A stretch of 62,785 nt of DNA, counting the filler, from Octopus bimaculoides (Eukaryota): NCBI RefSeq assembly GCF_001194135.2. It is 3 parts of 3 records of this genome, joined end to end, with 100 filler letters (N's around TTAATTAATTAA, not from the genome) between each part and the next. Parts side by side here need not be neighbours in the genome. Positions count along the whole stretch, not along the records: positions 1 to 31,324 come from NC_068983.1; 2 more parts are not named here. The stretch is one strand, 5' to 3'. Position 1 is the first letter of the stretch. The number at the start of each line of letters is the position of its first letter. A program made the translations under genes and the position numbers. Of this stretch, positions 12,379 through 25,201 are shown piece after piece. The notes under the pieces were generated by a model. That model saw only the letters and a program-made list of their open reading frames with translations, had not been told where the DNA came from and ran no database searches.

Positions 12379-13213
12379 NNNNNNNNNNNNNNNNNNNNNN
12401 NNNNNNNNNNNNNNNNNNNNNNNNNNNNNNNNNNNNNNNNNNNNNNNNNNNNNNNNNNNNNNNNNNNNNNNNNNNNNNNNNNNNNNNNNNNNNNNNNNNN
12501 NNNNNNNNNNNNNNNNNNNNNNNNNNNNNNNNNNNNNNNNNNNNNNNNNNNNNNNNNNNNNNNNNNNNNNNNNNNNNNNNNNNNNNNNNNNNNNNNNNNN
12601 NNNNNNNNNNNNNNNNNNNNNNNNNNNNNNNNNNNNNNNNNNNNNNNNNNNNNNNNNNNNNNNNNNNNNNNNNNNNNNNNNNNNNNNNNNNNNNNNNNNN
12701 NNNNNNNNNNNNNNNNNNNNNNNNNNNNNNNNNNNNNNNNNNNNNNNNNNNNNNNNNNNNNNNNNNNNNNNNNNNNNNNNNNNNNNNNNNNNNNNNNNNN
12801 NNNNNNNNNNNNNNNNNNNNNNNNNNNNNNNNNNNNNNNNNNNNNNNNNNNNNNNNNNNNNNNNNNNNNNNNNNNNNNNNNNNNNNNNNNNNNNNNNNNN
12901 NNNNNNNNNNNNNNNNNNNNNNNNNNNNNNNNNNNNNNNNNNNNNNNNNNNNNNNNNNNNNNNNNNNNNNNNNNNNNNNNNNNNNNNNNNNNNNNNNNNN
13001 NNNNNNNNNNNNNNNNNNNNNNNNNNNNNNNNNNNNNNNNNNNNNNNNNNNNNNNNNNNNNNNNNATATATATATATATATATATATACTTTCGTACAAA
13101 CATAGATACAAAAATACATACATGGATACCTTCATTCATATATACATACAGGCATATATGTAGCGGGGGAGAAGATGCGATCACGGTCGTGGGGCAGATA
13201 GGATGCATTATAA

Positions 13214-14172
13214 CATCAGTCATTTGATTGTGGCCATGCTGGAGCACCACCTTTAAGTCGAACGAATCGACCCCAGGACTTATTCTTTGGAAGCCTAGTA
13301 CTTATTTATGTGGGTCTCTTTTGCAGATCCGCTAAGTTACGGGGACGTAAACACACCAACACCAGTTGTCAAGCGATGGAGGGGGGGGGCAAACACAGAC
13401 ACACAAACACACAAGTATATATATATATATATATATATATATATNNNNNNNNNNNNNNNNNNNNNNNNNNNNNNNNNNNNNNNNNNNNNNNNNNNNNNNN
13501 NNNNNNNNNNNNNNNNNNNNNNNNNNNNNNNNNNNNNNNNNNNNNNNNNNNNNNNNNNNNNNNNNNNNNNNNNNNNNNNNNNNNNNNNNNNNNNNNNNNN
13601 NNNNNNNNNNNNNNNNNNNNNNNNNNNNNNNNNNNNNNNNNNNNNNNNNNNNNNNNNNNNNNNNNNNNNNNNNNNNNNNNNNNNNNNNNNNNNNNNNNNN
13701 NNNNNNNNNNNNNNNNNNNNNNNNNNNNNNNNNNNNNNNNNNNNNNNNNNNNNNNNNNNNNNNNNNNNNNNNNNNNNNNNNNNNNNNNNNNNNNNNNNNN
13801 NNNNNNNNNNNNNNNNNNNNNNNNNNNNNNNNNNNNNNNNNNNNNNNNNNNNNNNNNNNNNNNNNNNNNNNNNNNNNNNNNNNNNNNNNNNNNNNNNNNN
13901 NNNNNNNNNNNNNNNNNNNNNNNNNNNNNNNNNNNNNNNNNNNNNNNNNNNNNNNNNNNNNNNNNNNNNNNNNNNNNNNNNNNNNNNNNNNNNNNNNNNN
14001 NNNNNNNNNNNNNNNNNNNNNNNNNNNNNNNNNNNNNNNNNNNNNNNNNNNNNNNNNNNNNNNNNNNNNNNNNNNCCCGTGGGTATAGTAGAATATACTT
14101 ACCCAAGATGCCATGCAGTGAGACCGAACGCGGAACAATGTTGTTGGGAAGGAAGCTTCTTACCGCACAACC
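13214..14172 (-). mobile_element. SINE family A, full length, with an assembly gap inside its internal microsatellite
   Basis: Tail half at 13214-13415 and head half at 14076-14172 flank a (TA)n plus N gap. Confidence 0.8.
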
Positions 14173-14194
14173 TCTTCTGCAATTTGTTCATTGA

Positions 14195-14663
14195 TCGACG
14201 TGGCTCTCCGTCGGTTACGACAACGAGGCTTCCAGTTGATCCGATCAACGGAACAGCCTGCTCCACAGACACGAGAACCCGTAACGTAGTTCTCGGGGAG
14301 ATTCAGCGTGACACAGTGTGACAAGGCTGGCCTTTTGAAATACATGTACAACAGAAACAGAAAGAAAGAGTTAGAGAAGATTGTGGTGAAACAGTACAGT
14401 TACGTCCCCGTAACTTAGCGGGTCTGCAAAAGAGACCCACATAAATAAGTACTAGGCTTCTAAAGAATAAGTCCTGGGGTCGATTCGTTCGACTAAAAGT
14501 TGGTGCTCCAGCATGGCCGCAATCAAACCATCCCATGCCAAAGCGTCGTGGAGCTTTAGGAGTTATCACTCAATAAACATTCACAACGCCCGGTCTGGGA
14601 ATCGAAACCGTGATAGCACGACCGCGACTCCGCTGCCCTAACCACTGGGCCATTACGACTCCA
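14195..14663 (-). mobile_element. SINE family B1, interrupted by a family-A fragment at 14400-14527
   Basis: Homologous to 34351-34746. Head tggagtcgtaatggcccagtggttagggcagcgg...tttcgattccc on the minus strand. Confidence 0.85.
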
Positions 14664-14692
14664 TTTGTTCATTAATATTACGAAATCATTGA

Positions 14693-15016
14693 GAAGGCCT
14701 GTGATCCAAATGTTTAGGATATTCGTATCACGATCGTAAGGTTGAGAGTTCAATTCTTGGCGACATGTTGTGTCGTTTGAACACGACACTTTATTTTAAG
14801 CTGCTCCAGTCCACTTAGCTAGCAAAAGTGAGGTGAACCTGGCATTCAAAGTGCCATCTTCATCATATTCCGTGTCACACTGAATCTCCCTGAGAAATAC
14901 GTTATCGGTTGGCATGTCTTGTGAGTGCTCAGCCACTTACATGTTAATTTCAAGAGCAGGCCGTTACATTGATCGGATCAGCGGGAACACTCATCGTCGT
15001 AAGTGACGGAGTGCCA
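14693..15016 (+). mobile_element. SINE family B2 (tRNA head + CORE-like segment + tail shared with B1)
   Basis: gagttcaattc B box, ttgtgtcgtttgaacacgacactttatt CORE-like segment, then gtcacactgaatctccctgaga...gacggagtgcca as in B1. Homologous to 57567-57878. Confidence 0.8.
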
Positions 15017-16038
15017 GATTTTACGAAAGCTTTACGTCATATTTCCATTCAGTAACACTCCGTCTGTTGTCTAATACATTATTCACTCTTTAACTTTCGC
15101 TTGTATTTTCAAAGAAGAATTAAATATATAAAAAAGAACAACTAAAAAAGAGAAATAATCTTTGTGATGGTTAAAAATTATTTCTTACTAGCAATGATCA
15201 ATCTAAATTCTATATTTATCTCAAATTGGAAGTTAAATATTTTGTTGGATTCGTTAGAACAACATAAGATTCAGAGAAATAAATGATTTCTGTCAGATCA
15301 AACCGGAAGATATCAAAGTCAAGACTAGAATTTCAGTATTTTATATTTCTATGTTTTTTCCTACTTTTCCTCGCAGACACGCATCAATATGAAGCATATA
15401 TTATTTTTTGTATTATTTTTTTTCTTTCTTTATTCCGGAAAAAAAAACATAAACAAAGAAAATATTTACGTGTCACTTGAATTTTAGTCGAATCGTCCAA
15501 TACCCTTGTGATTACTCATGCAAACGCACAACATTTATAATTCAATATATAAAGATAAAACGTGTCTCCTTAGTCTTGAATATTTCATTTTTGTTACACT
15601 GATAAAACGTAAAGAAAAGAAAAAACAAAACAGCCAACGGTGATATAAATTCAAACAATACTAACATAAGTAACATACACACGCGCTCTTAAAACCATAG
15701 ATGCACAGATTTATTCAATTTCATACACAGAAATACACACACAGGCGCTTATGCACATTGATACAAATATACACACAGTAAATAAATCCAGGCGTAATTT
15801 CGAGTTTATCAGATTCTATTCGCAACTTTCAAAGAAAATACCATGCCAGGAAGCTTGGTAGTGTGATAAAAGTGTAAGTCTCCTTCAGCTTGGATAATCA
15901 CTAGAATTCTATGAAATTAATAGTAAACTTCAACAGACAGGAATCTATTTATCCATCCATCCATTTATCAATCCATATATCCATTTATTCATTCGTCCTT
16001 CCGTTCGTTCATCCCACCATGTATATGTACGTATGTGC

Positions 16039-16077
<39 letters not shown>

Positions 16078-16713
16078 NNNNNNNNNNNNNNNNNNNNNNN
16101 NNNNNNNNNNNNNNNNNNNNNNNNNNNNNNNNNNNNNNNNNNNNNNNNNNNNNNNNNNNNNNNNNNNNNNNNNNNNNNNNNNNNNNNNNNNNNNNNNNNN
16201 NNNNNNNNNNNNNNNNNNNNNNNNNNNNNNNNNNNNNNNNNNNNNNNNNNNNNNNNNNNNNNNNNNNNNNNNNNNNNNNNNNNNNNNNNNNNNNNNNNNN
16301 NNNNNNNNNNNNNNNNNNNNNNNNNNNNNNNNNNNNNNNNNNNNNNNNNNNNNNNNNNNNNNNNNNNNNNNNNNNNNNNNNNNNNNNNNNNNNNNNNNNN
16401 NNNNNNNNNNNNNNNNNNNNNNNNNNNNNNNNNNNNNNNNNNNNNNNNNNNNNNNNNNNNNNNNNNNNNNNNNNNNNNNNNNNNNNNNNNNNNNNNNNNN
16501 NNNNNNNNNNNNNNNNNNNNNNNNNNNNNNNNNNNNNNNNNNNNNNNNNNNNNNNNNNNNNNNNNNNNNNNNNNNNNNNNNNNNNNNNNNNNNNNNNNNN
16601 NNNNNNNNNNNNNNNNNNNNNNNNNNNNNNNNNNNNNNNNNNNNNNNNNNNNNNNNNNNNNNNNNNNNNNNNNNNNNNNNNNNNNNNNNNNNNNNNNNNN
16701 NNNNNNNNNNNNN

Positions 16714-16748
<35 letters not shown>

Positions 16749-16814
16749 GAGAGAGAGAGAGAGAGTCGCAACTTGCCTGCAAACCCCATGTACCAAGGGT
16801 GAAATACAAAGTAG

Positions 16815-17260
16815 CATGAGACTGTGTGTGGTACGAAGCTTGCTTTCCAACCACATGGTTGTGGGTTCATTCCCACTGCATGGCACCTTCGGCAGGTGTC
16901 TTCTACTATACCATCGGGTCAATCAAAGCCTTGTGGGCGGAGTTGGTAAACGGAAATGAAAGCAGCCGATCATACACACACACACACACACATACACACA
17001 TACATACATAAATATATATGTGTATGTATCTAAGTGTCTATTTGTGTCTGTATTTCTCCCTCCACCACACGACAACCCGTGTTGGTGTCTTTACGACTTC
17101 TTAATGTAGCGGTTCGAGAAGAAGAACCGATAGAATAACTACTAAGCTTCAAAAGTAAATCCTGGGGTCGATTTGTTCGACTAAAACTCTGCAAGGGAGT
17201 GCTCTGGCATGGCCGCAGTGAAATGACTAAAACAAATCAAAGAATTGAAGAATAAAAGAA
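16815..17260 (+). mobile_element. SINE family A
   Basis: Head, internal (CA)/(TA) repeat and tail all homologous to 4256-4740. Confidence 0.85.
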
Positions 17261-17489
17261 TGCTATCAGGAACACTTCTTCTGATATTCATCACTAAACG
17301 CGTAAGTATAAATTATTTTCTTCATTCGTAGAATAAAAGCTATTAGAAAACAAATACTTCAAACCTTTACGCAAGGCAGAAACTTGGAAAGGTTACATAA
17401 AAAACGAAGCAAATATTATTACATTAAAAATTCATTTACATAAAATATTTGCTATAAATTATATATGTTTAGCAGAAGATCATGTATAT

Positions 17490-17794
17490 TCTTTTCTTTT
17501 GTACTCTAGGCACAAGGCCGGAGACTTTTGGGGAGGGGACCAGTCGATGAGATCAACCCCAATACGCAACTGGTACTTAATTTATCGACCTCGAAAGGAT
17601 GAAAGACAAAGTCGACCTCAGCGTAATTTGAACTCAGGACGTAAAGACAGACAAAATACCTATTTCTTTACTGCCCACAAGGGGCTACACACAGAGGGGA
17701 CAAACAAGGACAGACAAACGGATTAAGTCGATTATATCGACCCCAGTACGTAACTGGTACTTAATTTATCAACCCCGAAAGGACGAAAGGCAAA
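17490..17794 (-). mobile_element. SINE family C dimer (tail-2 copy followed by tail-1 copy)
   Basis: The reverse complement reads ...tagccccttgtgggcagtaaagaaata|ggtattttgtctg...gccttgtgcctagagtacaaaag. Confidence 0.85.
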
Positions 17795-18067
17795 GTAAAA
17801 TTACACAATATTCTATAATTCTACACATAATTGTAATTTGGGGGTCAGCTAATTGCTTCACCTACGTAAAAAAAATATTAGTGCCTGGGATATTCTTATG
17901 GTAGTAAAAAAGGAATGTTTAACTCCTATTTCTAAATTCGGTATATGGTGAAGCAATTAGCTGACCCCTAATTATAATTATAGAATATTTGTGTAATTTT
18001 ACCTAAAAAGGTTTTTTTACTTGGTAAAATTATTAATTAATTAATTGATTAATTAATTAATTTTACC
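17795..18067. mobile_element. MITE-like element with 55-68-bp inverted repeats, plus an adjacent miniature hairpin with the same termini
   Basis: 17795-17862 gtaaaattacaca...ggggtcagctaattgcttcacc vs 17947-18003 ggtgaagcaattagctgacccc...tgtgtaattttacc. 18023-18067 reads ggtaaaatt(aatt)n...aattttacc. Confidence 0.7.
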
Positions 18068-18071
18068 CTCT

Positions 18072-18108
<37 letters not shown>

Positions 18109-19554
18109 GGGGTGTATGTATGTCGTCGTAGAATAACTTTTAGTCGAAGTGTATTTTCACCTGATGGCTGAGTCGTCTATGTGATGTGAGTAGATGAAAA
18201 CGAACTGTTGCAATAAAATATTAAAATCAGCACTTTGTAAATGACATCACGAACTAATGTACATGTGACAGCACGAATCTGCCGACTGTAGTCAGCATGC
18301 TGTTCGTTGCAAAATAAAAAGAAGTGTATAGTAATACATGTGCAAAGGGAAATGAATGATTTCGTTGTTGATTTATTTTATTCTCTCGATACATTTCTTT
18401 GGATATCTCGCTTTTTCTTTTCTTTTTTTTAGATTAGAATTATGTATATAAAGTGAAAGCAAACGAAGCAAAAATAGGACTCCCTCCCAGGGAAAGTGTT
18501 TACATTTTATCCTTTCTTGCGAAAGATATCATACAATATTCTTTTCTTTTTCTTTTATTTTATATTAACAATCAAGTCGAAAACCATTTTCCTCAAGTCT
18601 ATACAGTCTTCCCCAGGAAGAGTAAAACTCACGATGAAGTCAGTTCGTCCAAATACCCACACTTTCAAGTTAGACATAAGAAAAGATTTCCTGTAGTCTA
18701 ATCTAAAATCTCAATTCCAATTTCCTTTTCGAGCATTACTACAATGGTAAACTGAGTTCTAGTGAACTTGAATCGGTCTAGAATTTTTTTTTGTGAGTTG
18801 CAGCACATACACAGAGATGCAGCTTCGGGAATTATAAAATCTTAGAATTTCACGGTAGATTTCTGAGGCGGTAGTGCATGACAGTTTAATTAATATGATA
18901 CTGATTATTTGTTCATAATCATAAATGAGACTAGGTTCTTCTGTCTCTTTGGAGATATGACTTTCGATGATTGTTTAGCGATAACAGTGTATGTTGCGAG
19001 TAACTTTCTTTATAATGCCAAATAGTGCAAGATTTATAAAAAAAAAAACGAATTAAAAATGTGACCATCCGTATGAAATGGAATAGCAGCAAATATGTTG
19101 CTATTATACAGACGAGAGAGTATGGTAATTATATCTAAAGTTTGGGCTAATTATAGGTAAACAAAGCTGTTGAGGAAATTTGATTTCACTTTTTCATCAC
19201 GTTGTGATGGAAAAGTATAACAGAAGACTTCAAGTAGGAAAAATCGGAAATTTAGTTAAGATGGCTATTGTTGTTTCAAACATACTCAAAACTTAAGTGG
19301 TGTTAGTAACCACAATTGCTGAAGTAGGAGAGTCGTTATCCTACATGACATCTGAACATTAACCAACCATAAGTTTAATATGATATAATATAGATGCAAA
19401 TACAATCATACACATCCACACACATATACACGAATATGTATCACATTTAAAAAAAATTCTTTCTGGTATTAGATTAAGGCCATGATAGGCTCCGCCTTAA
19501 ATAATTCGTAATCAAATTTACCTCGGTACGTTTTTAAAAACACCTGGCCCTTCT

Positions 19555-19760
19555 ATTCAGCCTGTTTTGCTGAATGACTAAGTTATGGGTACGTAAACAC
19601 AGCGGTTGATAGTGGACAAACACAAACAGAAAGAGAGACACACACACATAGACACATACGATGGTCTTCTTTCAGTTTCCTTCTACCAAGTCCACCCAAA
19701 GGTCTATGCCCCGTCCGAGGTTATAGTGGTAAAGACTCACTCAATGTGCGACACTGTGGT
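19555..19760 (-). mobile_element. SINE family A, decayed
   Basis: ctaagttatgggtacgtaaacac...cttctttcagtttccttctaccaa...gaggttatagtgg. Confidence 0.65.
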
Positions 19761-19840
19761 ACAGAAAGAAGACAAAACTTGGTACAGAAACTGTGGTACA
19801 AAAGGAAGACAAAACTGTGGTACAGAAGGAAGACAAAACT
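19753..19840. repeat. Minisatellite, about 25-bp unit, about 3.5 copies
   Basis: aaactgtggtacagaaggaagacaa repeated, with one partial unit. Confidence 0.85.
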
Positions 19841-21264
19841 TGTAAAAATTCTTGTGTAAAAAACAAAGCAAGAAGCAAATATACATAGATCAATTCCATT
19901 GAAGAATTCTAGTTCTGCGCATTATTTGTCTTCAAATATTGTAGTTAACTTTACTCGATTTCTTTAAATAAATAACGGTACAGGGTTGACTTTGATATCT
20001 TTTTCACTGCGTATTTTTCTGTCTGTCTGTCTCGCTGTCTCTGTCTCTCATATTTTGTCTCTGTCGTTACTCTCCTCTGGGAAGAGCCCATCCTGGGCTC
20101 TTTAAGGTCTAAGATTGAATGAGACAAGCTGCAACGGTATTCCGACAACTCCTTGACATGTTACAGCAATATTTAAGGCAAATAATTATTTTTTACTTTT
20201 ACACACGTAAACAAGAAAATTTAGTTCATTAGAATTCCTTTTAACGATCCGGAAATACTGAAATGCTAAGTCGTAATCGACAGAAATTTAAAATCGAATG
20301 TAATGGATCGAAATAAATTGTGCAAAGCGTTCTTTTCCAACGCTATAGGCATTCTGCTTTCTCGCTGCCTTAATTTCTGTCAAACAATAACAGTATTTTT
20401 GGTTCGAATGTAGACCCACGTGATTGGCAAGCAACCTTCTAACTCAGTCATGCGTACACCTATATGATTTGATTTAAACCTTTTGACAATTGCCAGCAGT
20501 TTACAATGTCAGTGATGGTCTCTCATGCTCTTATGACTAAATGGTAGGTAAAACACAAATACATTAGCAAAGACTTGAGTATCATGTCAATTGTTTCACC
20601 AAGGGAAAAATTCAGACAAGTAAACACATACCTAATGTCACAAAAACAGAAAGCTTTGCAAAGGATATACTGCGAAAAAAAAATGCCTGGTTTTTGTCAC
20701 CCAGTTCTAAATATTTTGCTTCATACATGGAGACTTACACAGTATACACAATATATTCAAATAAACAAACACAAATACATATTGACTTGTATGTGATATT
20801 GTGTGCCTATGAATGTATCGGGATACGTAGGTATGTATATGAATACATGCCATTATGTTATTAATATTGATTTCTCAATAAATGAACTATTCTCGAAACA
20901 GTTAATTTATTGAAGTCTTTCGTTAGCTATTGATTTCTCCCGATTTTGTATATTTTGATTTCTCTTCGATAGTCACTATCCTCCTCATACATATACTATA
21001 TATTTAAATTCTTAAATATACTCAAATACCCAAAATTTCAAAGAGTTCCTGCCTTAAAAACAGGAGCTAACCACAGTTATTTTGTGTTCTTTGCTACATT
21101 GGTTTCTATTAACCCATTTATTCTATCAGAAGAATTTTTATTCATTAAGATAGAAGAAATACACATAATTATATATATATATATATATATANNNNNNNNN
21201 NATATATATACATATATATACATATATGTGTACTCATATACTTATATATATATATATATATATA

Positions 21265-21314
<50 letters not shown>

Positions 21315-22342
21315 TGTATACAGATATTTAAGTAGGTATATGTATATCTGTAGATGAGTTTGTATACGTTATTCATTTTCTCATCGTTAATCATCCGTTC
21401 TTCTGGAATCGATTATTTTTTCTATAATGCTGTTATTTGCATCAATGCCAGATTGGATGCAATCATGGGAAGATAACACAAAATCTCAATTAACTCCTAT
21501 GTTTAGATTGCGATTGTTATCAATCCTTGTAGTATTCTAATTTTGACACGTCTTATCAATAATAATAAAACAACTTAACTATTAAATGCAATTAGGGCTG
21601 CAGAGTTATTTCTAAAAGAAAAGATTGAGACACTCGATTGAATCTATCATAAAATACAAATATATAAAGGATCGCAAGTTCGTAGGTTATTTTAAGTGTA
21701 TACACATCCAAATAACTATGATTCAATCATCCGGAGGAGTTAATTCCACTTATCTGCCATATTGTCATATATCTAAAATCTCTAAGCGGTCAGTACACTG
21801 CATAATTGTTGAGTTAAGCTTCAATAAGTTGTACTGCAGCATGATAACCTTCAAGTGAGATTGACACAAGCTTAGTTAATATTTATATAGAGTCTTGAAC
21901 GCTGATGGGCTTCCATGATTGCTTTACTCGTAGCGAGTAGCTGCAAAACTTTCCAATTATACGGTACAATTATTACGCAGAGCATTGAACTACAGATTCT
22001 CAGAATATCTATTGACGCCGAAACAGATTAATAGTTTTAAGTTTGATTTTCTTCGTCATATAAACGCAGAGAAATTCCGTTGTATACATTTTGCCCTCGT
22101 AATTTGTAAAAGAGTTGGCATGCTTTCAATTATATCACGTCTTTTTATTTAGTAAAAAAAAGACGGCATGATATTTTGTATGTGATACAAGAACGGCATA
22201 TTAGAGAAAAACATATTTTCTTCTTTTAGGCGAATGTCGTCTTCAACCCTTATTAAAGTTTTGCAGATGTTGAACAACAAGTGAACATTGATAAGGAAAT
22301 CTGTAAATTCTGTTGACAGAGTTAACCAATACAGGTTAACAT

Positions 22343-22575
22343 TGGGCAGCGAGCTGGCAGAATCATTAGCATTCCAGGCGAAATACTTAATAGTATTTCA
22401 TCAGCCGTTACGGTCTGAGTTCAAATTCCGCCGAGGTTGACTTTGCTTTTAATTCTACCGGAGTCGATTAAATAAGTACCAGTTAGGCACTGGCGTCGAT
22501 GCATTCGACTTAACTCTTTGTCTGTCCTTGTTTGTCGGCTCTATGTTTAGCCCCCTCATTGGCAATAGAGGAATA
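22343..22575 (+). mobile_element. SINE family C, tail type 2, single copy
   Basis: gcgagctggcagaatcattagc...gagttcaaattccgccgagg...ttgtctgtccttgtttgtc...tttagccccctcattggcaatagaggaata. Confidence 0.85.
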
Positions 22576-23682
22576 CATATAGGTTAAGACACTACTAAAC
22601 TATAGTAATCGGCTTTGTTCTTTTGTCACTAAAACAAGGAATGCAGAAAAGTTGTTATTTAAATGAACACCTATAAAGCGAAAAAGTTCATTTTCGGTTT
22701 GTTTGGAGACATCTGATTAAATACGCAAGAAATACTTTTACACAAAGATAAGGGACGCAAATTATGCAGTACAAGATATTCCAAGTCAGATTCATTCGGA
22801 TGATAGGCGGACGAAGAGCAATTAATTTCTCAGAAGAAAACGAGAAAGATAATTATTAAGTGTTTAGAACTAAGACACTGGGATGAATGTAATGAAATGA
22901 AAAAAGTTGATTGATATTTGCATAGCAATAAATTGGAAAAACTTCACCTCTGACACAAATCAGTTTTTTCTCTCGCTTTGTTTGGAAGTTATTAATAGAG
23001 TCCTTTTCATTTCGAAATACGAGCTCCCGGGGAGCAAAAACCACACTCTAGTTTGTTTGCCGTTTAGCATTATTCGGTTATGTTTGCAATCTCAGTTACG
23101 TTATCAATCACATGTAGATGAAACTGAAAATTCACGAAAAAATACATTTCTTCGGTCTTATAAATATTACTTTCAAATTAGAAGCAAAATACACTATTCC
23201 TTTGCCTCGTTCATAAATGACACGTAACATTGTAGAATCATGTATTCACAGTTCCAAGCCGATATTAAACTATTGAATTAGTGACATTCCCTTTATTACT
23301 GCAATGTAATTGGAAATGCAGTTTTATATTTATAAAGAAAGGTATTTGTGAGCGTTAGATAACATGCATGTACATGATACGGTTACAATTATTTGTTAGG
23401 ATTCGCAAACCAACAAGAAGAACTGTGGGTAGTTGCTAAACTTAGTAGAAATAGCAACCAGAAAAGTTGAAAATCAAAATCCCAACATTTGTTGCTCTTT
23501 TTCTAGCCCAGTACTAAAAGTCCTGTTTATTCCTGAAAGAAAATTGACGAATAATAATATTTATAACTGCCACCTAACATGCTAACAAATATCAGGGATT
23601 TTTTTTCCTCCCTGAGTTTGAAAACTATATTTTTGTGTGTACTTAATATCATATTAATTGAAATTACTTCTCTTTTTTTTTT

Positions 23683-24075
23683 TTACTCTTTTACTTGTTT
23701 CAGTCATTTGACTGCGGCCATGCTGGAGCACTGCCTTTAGTCGAATCAAATCGACCCCAGGACTTATTCTTTGTAAGCCTAGTACTTATTCTATCGGGTC
23801 ACTTTTTGCCGAATCGCTAAGTTACGGGGACGTGAACACACCAGCATCGGTTGTCAAGCGATGCTGGGGGGGGGGGAACAAACACAGACACACAAACACA
23901 TACATATATATACATATATACGACGGACTTCTTCCAGTTTCCGTCTACCAAATCCACTCACAAGGCTTTGGTTGGCCCGAGGCTATAGTAGAAGACACTT
24001 GCCCAAGATGCCACGCAGTGGGACTGAACCCGGAACCATGTGGTTGGTAAGCAAGCTACTTACCACACAGCCACT
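23683..24075 (-). mobile_element. SINE family A, full length
   Basis: Close reverse-complement match to 4256-4740 and a same-strand match to 39885-40332. Confidence 0.9.
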
Positions 24076-24116
24076 TAGAAATTATTTCCATTTTTCTTTC
24101 AGAGATTCACGCAGGG

Positions 24117-24738
24117 ACAGGCGTGGTCGTGTGGTAAGAAGCCTGCTTCCCAACAACATGGTTCCACGTTCAGTCCCAGTGCGTGGCATCTTGAGCAAGT
24201 GTCTTTTACCTTAACCTCGGACCGACCAAAACTCTTTGAGTGGATTTGGTAGACGGAAACTGAAAGAAGCCCGACGAATATATATATAATTATATATGTT
24301 TTTTTCTTTTACTTGTTTCAGTCATTTGACTACGGCCATGCTGGAGCACCGCCTTATAGTCGAGCAAATCGATCCCAGAACTTATTCTTTGGAAACCTGG
24401 TACTTATTCTATCAGTCTCTTTTGTTGAACCGCTAAGTTACGGGGACATAAACACACCATCATCGGTTGTCAAGCGAAGTTGGTGGTGGGGACAGATATA
24501 TATGTGTATATGTGTGCGTGTCTCTATGTATTTGTCCCCCACCACCGCTTGACATGTATTGGTGTTTGTACGCTCCCTTAACCTAGCGGTTCGGCAACAG
24601 ACCGATAGAATAAGTACTTTGAGTACTAGGCTTAAAAAAATGATAACACCTGAGGTCAAGTTGTTCGACTGAAAACACTTGGAGGCAGTGCTCCAGCATG
24701 GCCGTAGTTAATGGAAACAAGCTAAGGATAAAAGATAA
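24117..24738 (+). mobile_element. SINE family A with an inverted family-A tail half (about 24305-24495) nested in its microsatellite linker
   Basis: Plus-strand head at 24117-24285, minus-strand tail at 24305-24495, plus-strand tail at 24525-24738. Confidence 0.75.
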
Positions 24739-25128
24739 TGGACAATAAAACAAAGGTTTTATTGTCTTTCTTTAACAAGGTTACGGATTTCAGTTTATTT
24801 ATAAGCACTTGAATATGACATTGAAGAGATGGCCACATATTTGATTTATAGCGGCACTGGCCCACTTGACACGTTTTTTTGATACATATTTAAATAAATT
24901 TTAGTAACAAAAATCTTCTCATAGCTCGTTTCCTACTTAAAATTCTACTTAGCAACATAGTTATGAGAATTTAAATTTTTATCGATGAGAAACATGAGCA
25001 GCTAATATCCGTCTGCCTGTGTCACGACATTTATTAGAGGGAGGGGAAAAAGGGGAGGAATTTAAATATACGTCACAGTGTTTTGTTAGAAAAAAGGGGA
25101 AGTGAAAAAGTTGTTCGAAGGGAAATAC

Positions 25129-25173
<45 letters not shown>

Positions 25174-25201
25174 TGAAAGATAGAAATATAGGTAGGTAGA
25201 T

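Noticed and set aside
19753-19840. Short direct repeats as a CRISPR array
   Set aside because: Contiguous tandem units with no unique spacers, in a eukaryotic context with no cas genes.
20120-20230. Short ORF MRQAATVFRQLLDMLQQYLRQ
   Set aside because: No canonical donor site, no recognisable homology, and too short.
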